The position numbers and the translations under genes are program-made. Below are positions 1 through 8,680 of a DNA stretch of 64,000 bases, in pieces. This DNA is from Actinomycetes bacterium (GTDB lineage Bacteria; Actinomycetota; Acidimicrobiia; Acidimicrobiales; Aldehydirespiratoraceae), in the NCBI GenBank assembly GCA_024276355.1, contig JAJRXJ010000177.1:7-64006 (forward strand), read 5' to 3'. Under the pieces are notes generated by a model that saw only the letters and a list, made by a program, of their open reading frames with translations, ran no database searches and was not told the DNA's origin. Positions within the stretch are counted from its first letter, which is position 1; every line of letters begins with the position of its first letter.

Positions 1-794
1 AGACCACGCTGGCCTACCTTGCGGCCGAGGTGGCACGCGCGTCGATGCTGTGCACCGGCTACCTTCCCACCACCGCCACCACCGAATGGACCACCTTCGA
101 GACCATTGGCGGTCTACAGCCGACATCGGAGGGCCTGATCTTTCGCCCGGGGCTCTTTGTCGACGCAATAGAGAACGGGCGATGGCTCGTCATAGACGAG
201 TTGAATCGCTCGAATTTCGATCGGGCATTCGGCCAGCTCTTCACGGTGCTGTCGGGCTCGCCGGTCGTGTTGCCGTTTCGTCGGAAGGGTCAAGTTAGGC
301 CAGTGGCCCTCGTCCCAGCCGGAGTGCCCGCTCCAGCGGAATCCGATGCCATTCGTGTTCCTGCCGGCTGGCGGATCATCGCCACCATGAACGTCTTCGA
401 CAAGAACCTACTCTTCGAGATGTCCTATGCGCTGATGCGCCGGTTCGCCTTCATCGAAGTCGGATCGCCGAGTGAGGATGCGTTCCGAACGTTGCTCACC
501 GGGCGAGGAGCCGTCGTGCTGAAGCTGTTGCCCCTTCGGGACTTCGCTGACCTCGGACCTGCCGTGTTTCTCGACGCTGCCAGATACGCGGCACGTCGTT
601 GCCTCGATGGAATCACGGAATCGAGACTGCTCTACGAGGTCTTCTACGCCTACTTCCTTCCGCAATTCGAGGGCATGGAGGAGCGGCGGGCGATGAAGCT
701 CTACCGATGCATGGCGGAAATGCTGGATGGCCCGGAGATGGCCGAGGCCCAACGCACCATCGGCAACGTTCTCGGTGTCGAACTGGCGGTCTGA
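1..794 (+). CDS. AAA+ NTPase, McrB/AAA_5-like (5' end cut by window edge)
   Basis: The frame is open from the window edge to TGA 792-794. The translation contains 'WLVIDELNRSNFDRAFGQLFTVLSG' (Walker B plus the NR-x-FG block typical of McrB) and 'RIIATMNVFDKNLLFEMSYALMRRFAFI' (sensor/arginine region of AAA_5 ATPases). Confidence 0.7.
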   Translation, partial: TTLAYLAAEVARASMLCTGYLPTTATTEWTTFETIGGLQPTSEGLIFRPGLFVDAIENGRWLVIDELNRSNFDRAFGQLFTVLSGSPVVLPFRRKGQVRPVALVPAGVPAPAESDAIRVPAGWRIIATMNVFDKNLLFEMSYALMRRFAFIEVGSPSEDAFRTLLTGRGAVVLKLLPLRDFADLGPAVFLDAARYAARRCLDGITESRLLYEVFYAYFLPQFEGMEERRAMKLYRCMAEMLDGPEMAEAQRTIGNVLGVELAV

Positions 795-799
795 CCCCG

Positions 800-1804
800 G
801 TGCCCGCTCCATTACGGACCGGTGGAGGCCATCCGGCCCCGGGATTGGTTCATTCGCGCCCCACCGCGGAGCTCTGGCGTCGCCTGGCCCGGCCATTCGA
901 CAGCGCGGAGGTGAGCGAAGCCTTGTTGGGCATTCCCTCTCGGGTCATCCGGGAGTTGGCGGACGCGATCATCTCCACGGGTGCGGAGGCTGACGCTCTG
1001 CTCAAGACTTTGCCGGCGCTCATGCGTCGGCTGCGAATGGGGAGCGGCAATCATGTGGAACGGGGTGCCTCGGGAGTGAGGGGTCCGATTCTTTGGAGCG
1101 AGACCGTCGCTGCCAGGTCCTCCAGCCTGGGCCACGACGGGGTTTTCGTTTGCAGCATCCCCGGTCGTGACTACGACGTCGCCGAGAACCGTGCCCTGGT
1201 GGCGGCATTGAGAGCAGTCGTGGCGTCCGGCGAACGGCTCACCACCTCATTTGGCCACGACGCTGGTAAAGACTCGGTCGCTGCTGCTGCTCGATCCAAT
1301 GCCGAGCTGGCCTCCCGGTATCTGGGGCATCGGGCGCTGTCGCAGGTTGGGGCCGGCCCGGGCAGCCGCACCCGCGATCGCCGCTCTTCGATCTCCGGGC
1401 GCCGGGCAGCCGGCTACGAACCTGCCGTCGCTCTGTTGGAAAAGCTGGACGAACCATTCGCTCCAGAGGAGCTGCTGCCCTATTGCAGCCGATCCACGCG
1501 ATTACACCATCAGCTTCTGGTCGCGGCCATCGAGAAGCTGGAGTCCGGGGGACGGTCGCTGCCGGCATTGCGAACCGAGGCGGATGTGATGGTTGTGGGC
1601 CCATACGTGTATGTGCATCCACGAGGGAATCGGACCGGTCATCCCGAAGTGGCGGTCATGCACGATGACCGCCTCACGATCGCGTTCGATCCACTCGGCG
1701 TGGGGCACGAATCGGTCCCCCCGGGACTCATCGGCGATCGGCGCTTGGTGGGAGTGTCCAACACCGAGGAAGTCGCTGAGCTGATTGGCTCCAGCAGGGG
1801 TTGA
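800..1804 (+). CDS. hypothetical protein, possible McrC/DUF2357-like partner of the upstream ATPase
   Basis: An in-frame GTG at 800 lies 5 nt after the upstream stop, and the rest of ORF 599..1804 follows. 'RGPILWSETVAAR' and 'DYDVAENRALVAALR' resemble the N-terminal DUF2357/McrC core. I saw no PD-(D/E)xK nuclease motif. The start codon is uncertain. Confidence 0.45.
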   Translation: MPAPLRTGGGHPAPGLVHSRPTAELWRRLARPFDSAEVSEALLGIPSRVIRELADAIISTGAEADALLKTLPALMRRLRMGSGNHVERGASGVRGPILWSETVAARSSSLGHDGVFVCSIPGRDYDVAENRALVAALRAVVASGERLTTSFGHDAGKDSVAAAARSNAELASRYLGHRALSQVGAGPGSRTRDRRSSISGRRAAGYEPAVALLEKLDEPFAPEELLPYCSRSTRLHHQLLVAAIEKLESGGRSLPALRTEADVMVVGPYVYVHPRGNRTGHPEVAVMHDDRLTIAFDPLGVGHESVPPGLIGDRRLVGVSNTEEVAELIGSSRG

Positions 1805-1877
1805 ATCGACGGGCCAGATGCTCGGTGATGGGCTCGCCCGGGAAAATCCGCCAATCGGCGCTCAAGCAGCTGTAGAC

Positions 1878-3584
1878 ATGTCCGGCGTGAGGAAGTATCT
1901 GTCATCCGTGGTTCACGGACACGATGTCCGGCTCCTGGCAGCATCGGTTGCCACCGGCGTGCTGGTGGCATTTGTGGTGTCGATTTTTCAAGCGCTCACC
2001 GAAGAGGTGGCTCTCCACTGGCTCTTCGAACAGGCCCTGCTGGTCGTCATGATCGCTCCCATCGCCGGCATCGCCGTCGCCTATCTCCTCTTGAAGTACG
2101 TCGGCCGTGGCACTTCCTCCTCGACATCCGACGAGTTCGTCAGGTCCTTCCACGATCGCCAACCACGCCTTCCGATCCGGGAGCTTCCCGGAAAGCTTCT
2201 GGCCGGCGTCACCACGATGGGCTTCGGAGGTGCCCTCGGTCTGGAAGGTCCGTCGATCTACGCGGGATCGTCTCTCGGCCTGTGGGTTCATCGGCGTGCT
2301 GGGAAATGGTTGAAACGCGAAGAGGCGCAGCTTCTGCTCACGGCGGGCGCCGCTGCCGGAGTGGCGGCGGTCTTCAAGGCGCCGGCGACCGGTGTGATGT
2401 TCGCCATGGAGGCCCCGTACCGGGACGATGTCACCCCCCATGCGCTTCTGCCGTCCCTGCTCGCATCTGCTGCCAGCTACGCCACATTCGTCTCTCTCGT
2501 CGGCACCAAGCCGGTAATACCGTTCTTTGCCGACGGAAGCGCCTTCATCGCGAACGAAGCCGGCAGCTCAGCCTTCGGGGTCCGGGCCGTCGATCTCCTC
2601 GGCGCACTCCTACTCGGTGTGGCGGCCGGACTTGGTGGACGCGGATTCGCATGGCTCGTCCGAAGGGCCAAGAAGGCAACCCACGAGTCGCCAGCAACCA
2701 CCCGCCTGCTGATAGGCGGAGCGGCACTGGCATCGATCACCCTGGTTGCACAGATCGCATTCGACGCCCCCCTCACGCTCGGTCCCGGAACCGAGGCCAT
2801 GGCGTGGGTGATCGAGGGCCGGGGGCTGGGCTTGATCGCCTTGTTGTTGGGCTTGCGAATCGCCGCCACGATCTCCTCCATCTACGCGGGAGGGGTCGGT
2901 GGGTTGTTCATTCCCCTCTCGGCGCAGGGTGTCATTCTCGGACAGTTCGTGGGATCGGCGCTTGGTCAAGGTGACAAGCCGCTCTATCCCGTACTCGGGC
3001 TGGCCGCCTTCCTCGGTGCCGGCTACCGGGCCCCCATCACCGCGGTGATGTTCGTCGCAGAGACCACGGGCGGGGTCGGGTCCCTGGTCGTACCCGCGCT
3101 CGTGGCCGCGGCGGTCAGTCAGGTGGTTGCCGGGCCGGCCTCGGTGGCCGGATACCAGATCTCCAAGCGTCTGGGCCACCTGGAGAGACGCTTCACCCTG
3201 CCACTCAGCTCCGTGCTCTCAACCGATGTGCTCACAGTGCCAGCCGACGCCACCGTGTCAGAGTTCGTCTACTTCCACGTTCTCGGAAGGCGCGAGCGCA
3301 TTGTTCCGGTGGTCGACGACAATCAGTACAAGGGGATGGCCCGGCTGGCCGACATATCGGAAATCGACCGCGAGGAGTGGGAGTCGGTCCTGATTGCCGA
3401 CTGCATGTCGACAGACCACCCGACAGCCCGGCCCACTTGGTCGCTGAGAGACGCGGTTGCGGCCATGGAGGCGGCCGACGTCGACGTGCTTGCCGTGATC
3501 GACAGCGACGGAACCTTCATCGGAACCGTGAACGAACTCGATATCTTGAAACTCGACGAGATTCTCGACGAAACGGGTACCTGA
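1878..3584 (+). CDS. ClC-family chloride channel/antiporter with C-terminal CBS pair
   Basis: 'GGALGLEGPSIYAGSSLG' matches the GxEGP selectivity motif and 'GGLFIPLSAQGVILG' is also ClC-like. The protein has multiple TM segments. The C-terminal ~130 aa ('VLTVPADATVSEF...VVDDNQYKGM...VLAVIDSDGTFIGTV') form two CBS repeats. The start is chosen at ATG 1878; TTG 1785 and ATG 1818 are also possible. Confidence 0.85.
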   Translation: MSGVRKYLSSVVHGHDVRLLAASVATGVLVAFVVSIFQALTEEVALHWLFEQALLVVMIAPIAGIAVAYLLLKYVGRGTSSSTSDEFVRSFHDRQPRLPIRELPGKLLAGVTTMGFGGALGLEGPSIYAGSSLGLWVHRRAGKWLKREEAQLLLTAGAAAGVAAVFKAPATGVMFAMEAPYRDDVTPHALLPSLLASAASYATFVSLVGTKPVIPFFADGSAFIANEAGSSAFGVRAVDLLGALLLGVAAGLGGRGFAWLVRRAKKATHESPATTRLLIGGAALASITLVAQIAFDAPLTLGPGTEAMAWVIEGRGLGLIALLLGLRIAATISSIYAGGVGGLFIPLSAQGVILGQFVGSALGQGDKPLYPVLGLAAFLGAGYRAPITAVMFVAETTGGVGSLVVPALVAAAVSQVVAGPASVAGYQISKRLGHLERRFTLPLSSVLSTDVLTVPADATVSEFVYFHVLGRRERIVPVVDDNQYKGMARLADISEIDREEWESVLIADCMSTDHPTARPTWSLRDAVAAMEAADVDVLAVIDSDGTFIGTVNELDILKLDEILDETGT

Positions 3585-3758
3585 TCAGTCGTCGTCTGAG
3601 TCGGCCTCGGCGAACTCTTCGGCCCACGCAGCGTGCTCGGGCTTTTCGAGCTCTGAGCCATCCTCCTCGAAATTGTGGAGGAGTGCCTCGAAATCTCCGT
3701 CGTGGGAGCGCTTCAGCTCTCGGGCTTCTTCGTATCGCCGGTGTCGCCCTTTTTTCAC
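3585..3758 (-). CDS. small acidic hypothetical protein (57 aa), absent from the ORF track
   Basis: Hand translation of the minus strand gives GTG-KKGRHRRYEEARELKRSHDGDFEALLHNFEEDGSELEKPEHAAWAEEFAEADSDDD-TGA. AAGGAG lies 8 nt upstream of the GTG (reverse complement of 3761-3776). It fills the gap between the ClC stop and rnd. Confidence 0.45.
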   Translation of the reverse strand: MKKGRHRRYEEARELKRSHDGDFEALLHNFEEDGSELEKPEHAAWAEEFAEADSDDD

Positions 3759-3848
3759 GGCCGAAGCTCCTTGGTCAATTCGTCAAGGCCTCAGAGTGTA
3801 ACCATCGACGCGCTGTCCGACACGCCATCGGAATCAGAGCCGAGATGT

Positions 3849-5018
3849 TCAGCCGACCCTCACCGGCCGTCGCGATCGGTCCTCGAGAACCACGATGCCA
3901 TGGTCGAAGGCCAGGGCAGCATCGCCCGACACCAGGCGCTTGATCGGTTCGCCCGCAATGTCGGCTCGCCACCCGGTGGCCAGCCGGGCGTCGGTGTCGC
4001 CCCTGACCAACGCCTCGACGTCGGCTCTCGTTGCCAACAGGGCCGGATCCAGCTGCTTGTCGTGGGCAATCTGATTGACCCACGCCGCAACCAGAGCGAC
4101 CGCCGGGCGAAGCTCACGGGCCTGATCACGTCGATTGGTCGACTTCGGGGGACGCCAATCGAGCTCCAGCCCCTCGGCCACCGCTTCGAGGATCTGCTTG
4201 CCTAGCGTGCCGCGTGCCATGCCCTTGTCGACGCCCCTGATCCGGGCGAGTGCCTCAGGGGAGTCCGGCGCGGCTTGGGAGATGGACACCACAGCCATGT
4301 CGGGAATCACGAATCTCGCCGGTTGGTCGATCGAAGCAGCCCGTTCCTCGCGCCACGCAGCAACTGACCGGGCGACGCTGACGGAGCGTCCCTTGAGATG
4401 CCGGGCTTCCTTGATCCGCAGCCAAGCCTCGTCGGGTGGCCGTGGCCCATGGTGTTTCGTTCGGACGATCTCACATTCTGCTTCGGCCCAATCGACCCTG
4501 GACAGGTCTTCGAGCTGCTGCAGCAGGCGGTCGTGGATCTCGAGGAGACGGGCGACATCGGAGGCCGCGTAGTCGAGTTGACCCTTCTTGAGGGGACGGC
4601 TCAACCAGTCGGTGAGTCGGTTGCCCTTGGCCAGGTGAACGCCGAGTTCACGCTCGTGGAGTGAGGCCAGGGAGGGGGTGGAAAGTCCAAGAAACCCTGC
4701 CGCCACCTGGGTGTCGAAGAGCCGTCGCGGTATCTCTCCACAGGCCTGATCGAGAACCTCCAGATCCTGGGTGCAGGCGTGGAGAACTGCGAGTGCGTTG
4801 CTCTGCATCAACTTGGCCATCGGGTGCATGTCGATGGCCAGCGGATCGATCAGAACGAGCCCGCCCTCCCACGCGATCTGAACCAGGGCGAGCTTTGGGT
4901 AGTAGGTGCGTTCCCGGTGGAATTCGGTGTCGAGCGCATACCGGGGCTGGTCGCAGAGAAGTTCGACGACATCGGCGAGGGCCTCGTCGGTGTCGATGTA
5001 TTCGATCGAGCGGCCCAT
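3849..5018 (-). CDS. rnd: ribonuclease D
   Basis: The DEDD 3'-5' exonuclease block 'YALDTEFHRERTYYPKLALVQIA' and '...HACTQDLEVL...YAASDVARLLEI' are followed by an HRDC-like region. The length of 389 aa is typical. Confidence 0.85.
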   Translation of the reverse strand: MGRSIEYIDTDEALADVVELLCDQPRYALDTEFHRERTYYPKLALVQIAWEGGLVLIDPLAIDMHPMAKLMQSNALAVLHACTQDLEVLDQACGEIPRRLFDTQVAAGFLGLSTPSLASLHERELGVHLAKGNRLTDWLSRPLKKGQLDYAASDVARLLEIHDRLLQQLEDLSRVDWAEAECEIVRTKHHGPRPPDEAWLRIKEARHLKGRSVSVARSVAAWREERAASIDQPARFVIPDMAVVSISQAAPDSPEALARIRGVDKGMARGTLGKQILEAVAEGLELDWRPPKSTNRRDQARELRPAVALVAAWVNQIAHDKQLDPALLATRADVEALVRGDTDARLATGWRADIAGEPIKRLVSGDAALAFDHGIVVLEDRSRRPVRVG

Positions 5019-5019
5019 G

Positions 5020-5982
5020 TCAGTCGACGGGCGCTTCGCTCTTCACCGGGCGGCCGGACTTGATCCAGGCGTTGGTCCCTCCGGCGACGTTGACGGCATC
5101 AAACCCGTTGGCCCTGAGAAACTCGGCGGCCCTGCCGCTCCTGGCTCCGCTGGCACAGATCATGTAGATGCGCCGATCGTCGTGGAACCGATCGAGCGAC
5201 TGTGTGACCTCACCGAGAGGAATCAACACCCCACCCTCGACGTGGGCCGCCTGGTATTCGTGCGCCTCGCGTACGTCGTAGAGGGGTGCACCATCGGCCA
5301 ACGCTGCCTCGAGCTCGGCGACGCTGATCTGGGGAACGGACATCAAATCTCCTATGGGTTGCGCAGAGGATATCGGCTCCTCATCGTCGGGGCGGCGGCG
5401 CCACCGATCGAGTTCCGCGGGAGTGTCGGCATCATCGAACGGTCCTACGGACCCGGTCCCGACCGGTACGGTCGGCTTGGCCACATCAAGGCCCTGCGCG
5501 GCACGATGAATGGATCTGACTCCGGAGCGGAACTCCGAGATCAGATGGTCGAGCGATTGGCGTCTCCAGACGGAAGTGTGCCATTGCTCGCGCCCGCCCA
5601 CCACGGGCACGGCCAGGTCACTTGATCCGAGTGCATCGATCAGACCGGAGATGGCAGAAGGAGATGGGGCGATGAGATCACACGGCACGACCACCAGCAG
5701 TTCTTCGACCAGATGCTTCATCGCGGTGATGATCCCTCCCAACGGACCCGCGCCGGGCCACAAATCCGGAACATGATTCGCTCCGAGGCCCCAATCGACC
5801 CCCGGAGGTCCCCCGACATTGATGACCGGCGAAACACCGGCCTCGGTGAGCGCGTCGACACAACGCTGCGCCATGGTCACCCCATCGATCTCGACGAGGG
5901 CCTTGTTGGTACCCATTCGTCGGCTGGCACCGCCCACGAGCACCGCGCCGCCTACTGACGACACTTGGGAGATCGGCTGCAC
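5020..5982 (-). CDS. MobA-like molybdenum cofactor guanylyltransferase fused to a C-terminal rhodanese domain
   Basis: The N-terminus 'GAVLVGGASRRMGTNKALVEIDG' is the MobA/NTP_transferase_3 signature. The C-terminal ~100 aa 'LYDVREAHEYQAAHVEGGVLIPLGE...IYMICASGARSGRAAEFLRANGFDAVNVAGGTNAW' is a rhodanese domain with a CxxGxR active-site loop. It is one uninterrupted ORF. Confidence 0.7.
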   Translation of the reverse strand: MQPISQVSSVGGAVLVGGASRRMGTNKALVEIDGVTMAQRCVDALTEAGVSPVINVGGPPGVDWGLGANHVPDLWPGAGPLGGIITAMKHLVEELLVVVPCDLIAPSPSAISGLIDALGSSDLAVPVVGGREQWHTSVWRRQSLDHLISEFRSGVRSIHRAAQGLDVAKPTVPVGTGSVGPFDDADTPAELDRWRRRPDDEEPISSAQPIGDLMSVPQISVAELEAALADGAPLYDVREAHEYQAAHVEGGVLIPLGEVTQSLDRFHDDRRIYMICASGARSGRAAEFLRANGFDAVNVAGGTNAWIKSGRPVKSEAPVD

Positions 5983-6035
5983 GTGATGATCCTATTGGCG
6001 CATCCGGCGCTGACCCCGCCAGTACGGTTACGCGG

Positions 6036-6356
6036 ATGCTTCCGGAGTGGCTCGATACGCAAATGCTTCAATGGGTCATATTGGCGGCCTTGGTCCTCCT
6101 TGGCCTGACCACGATCATGATTCTCAGGTTCATCCGCAGAGTCGTCTTCAAGACGGTTCTTCTCGCGGTGATTGCGGGATTCGGGTTGTCGCTGTGGGCG
6201 CAGCGGGCCGATCTGAGCGACTGTGTGCAGACCTGCGAGTGCAGCATCTACGGGCGGGTCGTGCATGTCGACTACTCGGAGCTGCCGAAGTCGATCCAGG
6301 ACAGGCTGGCTGCCGGCGACCAGACTGCGTGCAACCAGACGGTGGTGGCGGGCTAG
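6036..6356 (+). CDS. small membrane protein, hypothetical
   Basis: The 106-aa ORF has two predicted TM helices ('WVILAALVLLGLTTIMIL', 'VLLAVIAGFGLSLW') and a Cys-containing tail. I recognise no family. Confidence 0.4.
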   Translation: MLPEWLDTQMLQWVILAALVLLGLTTIMILRFIRRVVFKTVLLAVIAGFGLSLWAQRADLSDCVQTCECSIYGRVVHVDYSELPKSIQDRLAAGDQTACNQTVVAG

Positions 6357-6369
6357 CCATCACCCAGAC

Positions 6370-7800
6370 TCACGGGATCCGTTCGAGTCTCAGCACGTTG
6401 GCGGATCGCGACCGGCTGTCGGATCCGGCGAGGACGGCAACCAACTCCCCCGACCGAACCTCTCCGGTCTCAACGGCAACCCGAATGGCCTCCTGGACCA
6501 TGTCTGCGTTGGAAGTGGCGAGGGTCACGGGAATCGGCTTGGTACCCCAACTCAAGGTCAGCTGCTGGATCGTGGCCGGGTCGGGTGACATGCCGAGGAT
6601 GGTTGCCCTCGGCCGGTAGCGGGCCATGGATCGAACGGTGAAGCCGGTGCCCGACACGCAGATGATGGTGCGAATGCCAAGTTCTTCCGTGGCCCGCCAC
6701 GCCGACATGGTCATCGCATCGGTGACCGATGCCGAGTCGCCGGAGGTGTCGGTCATTCGCAAATCGGCCAGCTTGGACGCCCAGACCTCGTGGTCCATCT
6801 CCTCGTCGGCGCGGGTCGCGATCCTGCTCATGGTTCGGATCACGTTGGCAGGATCATGTCCGATCGCGGTCTCACCCGAGAGCATCACGGCTGAGGATCC
6901 GTCGAAAACCGCGTTGGCCACGTCGGACGCCTCAGCTCGGGTGGGTGCTGGACTGGTGATCATGGACTCGAGCATCTGTGTGGCCGTGATCACGGGCCGT
7001 CCGCTGGCGATGCATTGGCGGATGATCGACTTCTGGTGGTGGGGCAGATCCTCCAGAGAGCACTCGTTGCCCAGATCACCACGGGCGACCATCACTGCTC
7101 CAGATGCCTCGATGATTCCGGTGAGATTGTCGACCGCTGCCCGGGTCTCTATCTTCGCTATGAGCAGGGGGCCGCGCGGGTGGGGCTCAGTGCCCACCCG
7201 TCGCATGTCGTGTGCCGACCTCACGAATGACACGGCGATCATGTCGACGCCGGCGTCGACGAAAGCGTCGACGCCCTTGAGGTCGTCGTCGGTGGGTGTG
7301 GCGATCCTCAGGCGGTCGGAGGGCACATGTATCCCGGGGCGGCCACGCAGGAACCCGCCGTGGCTCACCTCCGCAACCAGATGGTCCGGGCGGGAGTCGA
7401 TCACGTGGAGCACGGCTCCGCCGTCTCCGACGGTCAGGTTGTCGCCAAGGTGAATGTCCTCAAGAAGCCCCTCGTAATCGATCTCGATGACCTTGGATGT
7501 GGACTTGTCGTTGCCGACGACGAGTGAGACCGTGGAGCCGGTGGGCACATCGATACCGGCCGAACCGAAACTTCCGGCTCGCACCTTCGGGCCCGGCAGG
7601 TCGACCAGTATCCCCACCCTCCGCTTCTCGGAAGCCGCCACGGAGCGGATCCGCCGGTAGCGCTCCAAGCCGTCGTCGATCGAGCCATGCGCAAGACCTA
7701 TTCGGGCCACGTCCATGCCGGCTCGGATCATCTCCCTGAGCGTGGCCTCGTCCTGGGAGGCGGGCCCGATGGTGGCGACGATCTTTGTACGGCGAGTCAT
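6370..7800 (-). CDS. pyk: pyruvate kinase
   Basis: 'MTRRTKIVATIGPAS', 'MDVARIGLAHGS', 'ILVDLPGPKVR', 'IAKIETRAAV' and 'MVARGDLG' are canonical pyruvate kinase motifs. The protein is 476 aa. Confidence 0.95.
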   Translation of the reverse strand: MTRRTKIVATIGPASQDEATLREMIRAGMDVARIGLAHGSIDDGLERYRRIRSVAASEKRRVGILVDLPGPKVRAGSFGSAGIDVPTGSTVSLVVGNDKSTSKVIEIDYEGLLEDIHLGDNLTVGDGGAVLHVIDSRPDHLVAEVSHGGFLRGRPGIHVPSDRLRIATPTDDDLKGVDAFVDAGVDMIAVSFVRSAHDMRRVGTEPHPRGPLLIAKIETRAAVDNLTGIIEASGAVMVARGDLGNECSLEDLPHHQKSIIRQCIASGRPVITATQMLESMITSPAPTRAEASDVANAVFDGSSAVMLSGETAIGHDPANVIRTMSRIATRADEEMDHEVWASKLADLRMTDTSGDSASVTDAMTMSAWRATEELGIRTIICVSGTGFTVRSMARYRPRATILGMSPDPATIQQLTLSWGTKPIPVTLATSNADMVQEAIRVAVETGEVRSGELVAVLAGSDSRSRSANVLRLERIP

Positions 7801-7921
7801 GTTTGCAACCTACCCCTGTGACCGGGCCAACAGTTTGGACTCGGGGTCAATTTGCCGAAAGTGAATCGCGACTGTCGAGCCCGGCTGTCGCGGCGTACGC
7901 AGTAGCTTGTCGAGCGTGCTT

Positions 7922-8680
7922 ATGAGGCATCCGTACTTCGAACACGACGGGCCGCTGGCGATCGCGCATCGTGGGGGTGCCGGAGACCATCCCGAGAATA
8001 CCGAGCGGGCGTTTCGACACGCCGTGGACCTCGGGTTCACCCATGTCGAGACCGACGTCCACGTGACCGCCGACGGTGTGGCGATCGCATTCCACGATGA
8101 TGTTCTCGACCGTGTCACCGATCGCACGGGCACCATTGCCGAACTTCCGTGGAGCGAAGTTCGACGGGCCCGCGTGGCCGGGACCGATGAGATATGTCGG
8201 CTCGACGAGCTGCTCGACACGTTCCCCGACACCAGGTTCAATCTCGACCCGAAACACGATGCCGCCGTGGCACCTCTGGCTGACGTGCTGCGCCGAACGG
8301 GGGCCGTGAGAAGGGTCTGCGTGGGTGCGTTCTCCGACCGACGCCTCGACCGGCTGCGGGCGATGCTCGGCGATGGGCTCTGCACGGGCACCGGCCCGAG
8401 GCGAACCCTCTTGTTGGTGCTCAACTCCCTGAGATTTCCTGTGCGACCGAAGAACGCGATGGTGGCGCAGGTGCCGGTGAGGTCCACAGGCATCACGGTC
8501 GTCACCCAACGGTTCGTCGATGCTGCCCATCGGCTCGGAATGCATGTTCACGTCTGGACGATTGACGATCCCCGCGAGATGAAGCGGCTACTCGGCCTCG
8601 GTGTCGACGGCATCATGACCGATCGGCCGGAGCTGCTCAGGGCGACCTATGAGACGTTGGGTGTATGGAATTCGGCCTGA
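7922..8680 (+). CDS. glycerophosphodiester phosphodiesterase (GDPD family)
   Basis: 'IAHRGGAGDHPENTERAF', 'VETDVHVTADGVAIAFHDD' and 'HVWTIDDP...GVDGIMTDRP' are GDPD motifs. The start is placed at ATG 7922; an in-frame TTG at 7907 is also possible. Confidence 0.85.
   Translation: MRHPYFEHDGPLAIAHRGGAGDHPENTERAFRHAVDLGFTHVETDVHVTADGVAIAFHDDVLDRVTDRTGTIAELPWSEVRRARVAGTDEICRLDELLDTFPDTRFNLDPKHDAAVAPLADVLRRTGAVRRVCVGAFSDRRLDRLRAMLGDGLCTGTGPRRTLLLVLNSLRFPVRPKNAMVAQVPVRSTGITVVTQRFVDAAHRLGMHVHVWTIDDPREMKRLLGLGVDGIMTDRPELLRATYETLGVWNSA

Noticed and set aside
599-799. Upstream part of ORF 599-1804 overlapping the McrB-like gene
   Set aside because: It overlaps the well-supported ATPase frame, and its translation ('HGGAAGDEALPMHGGNAGWPGDGRGP...') is compositional noise. 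The start was moved to GTG 800.
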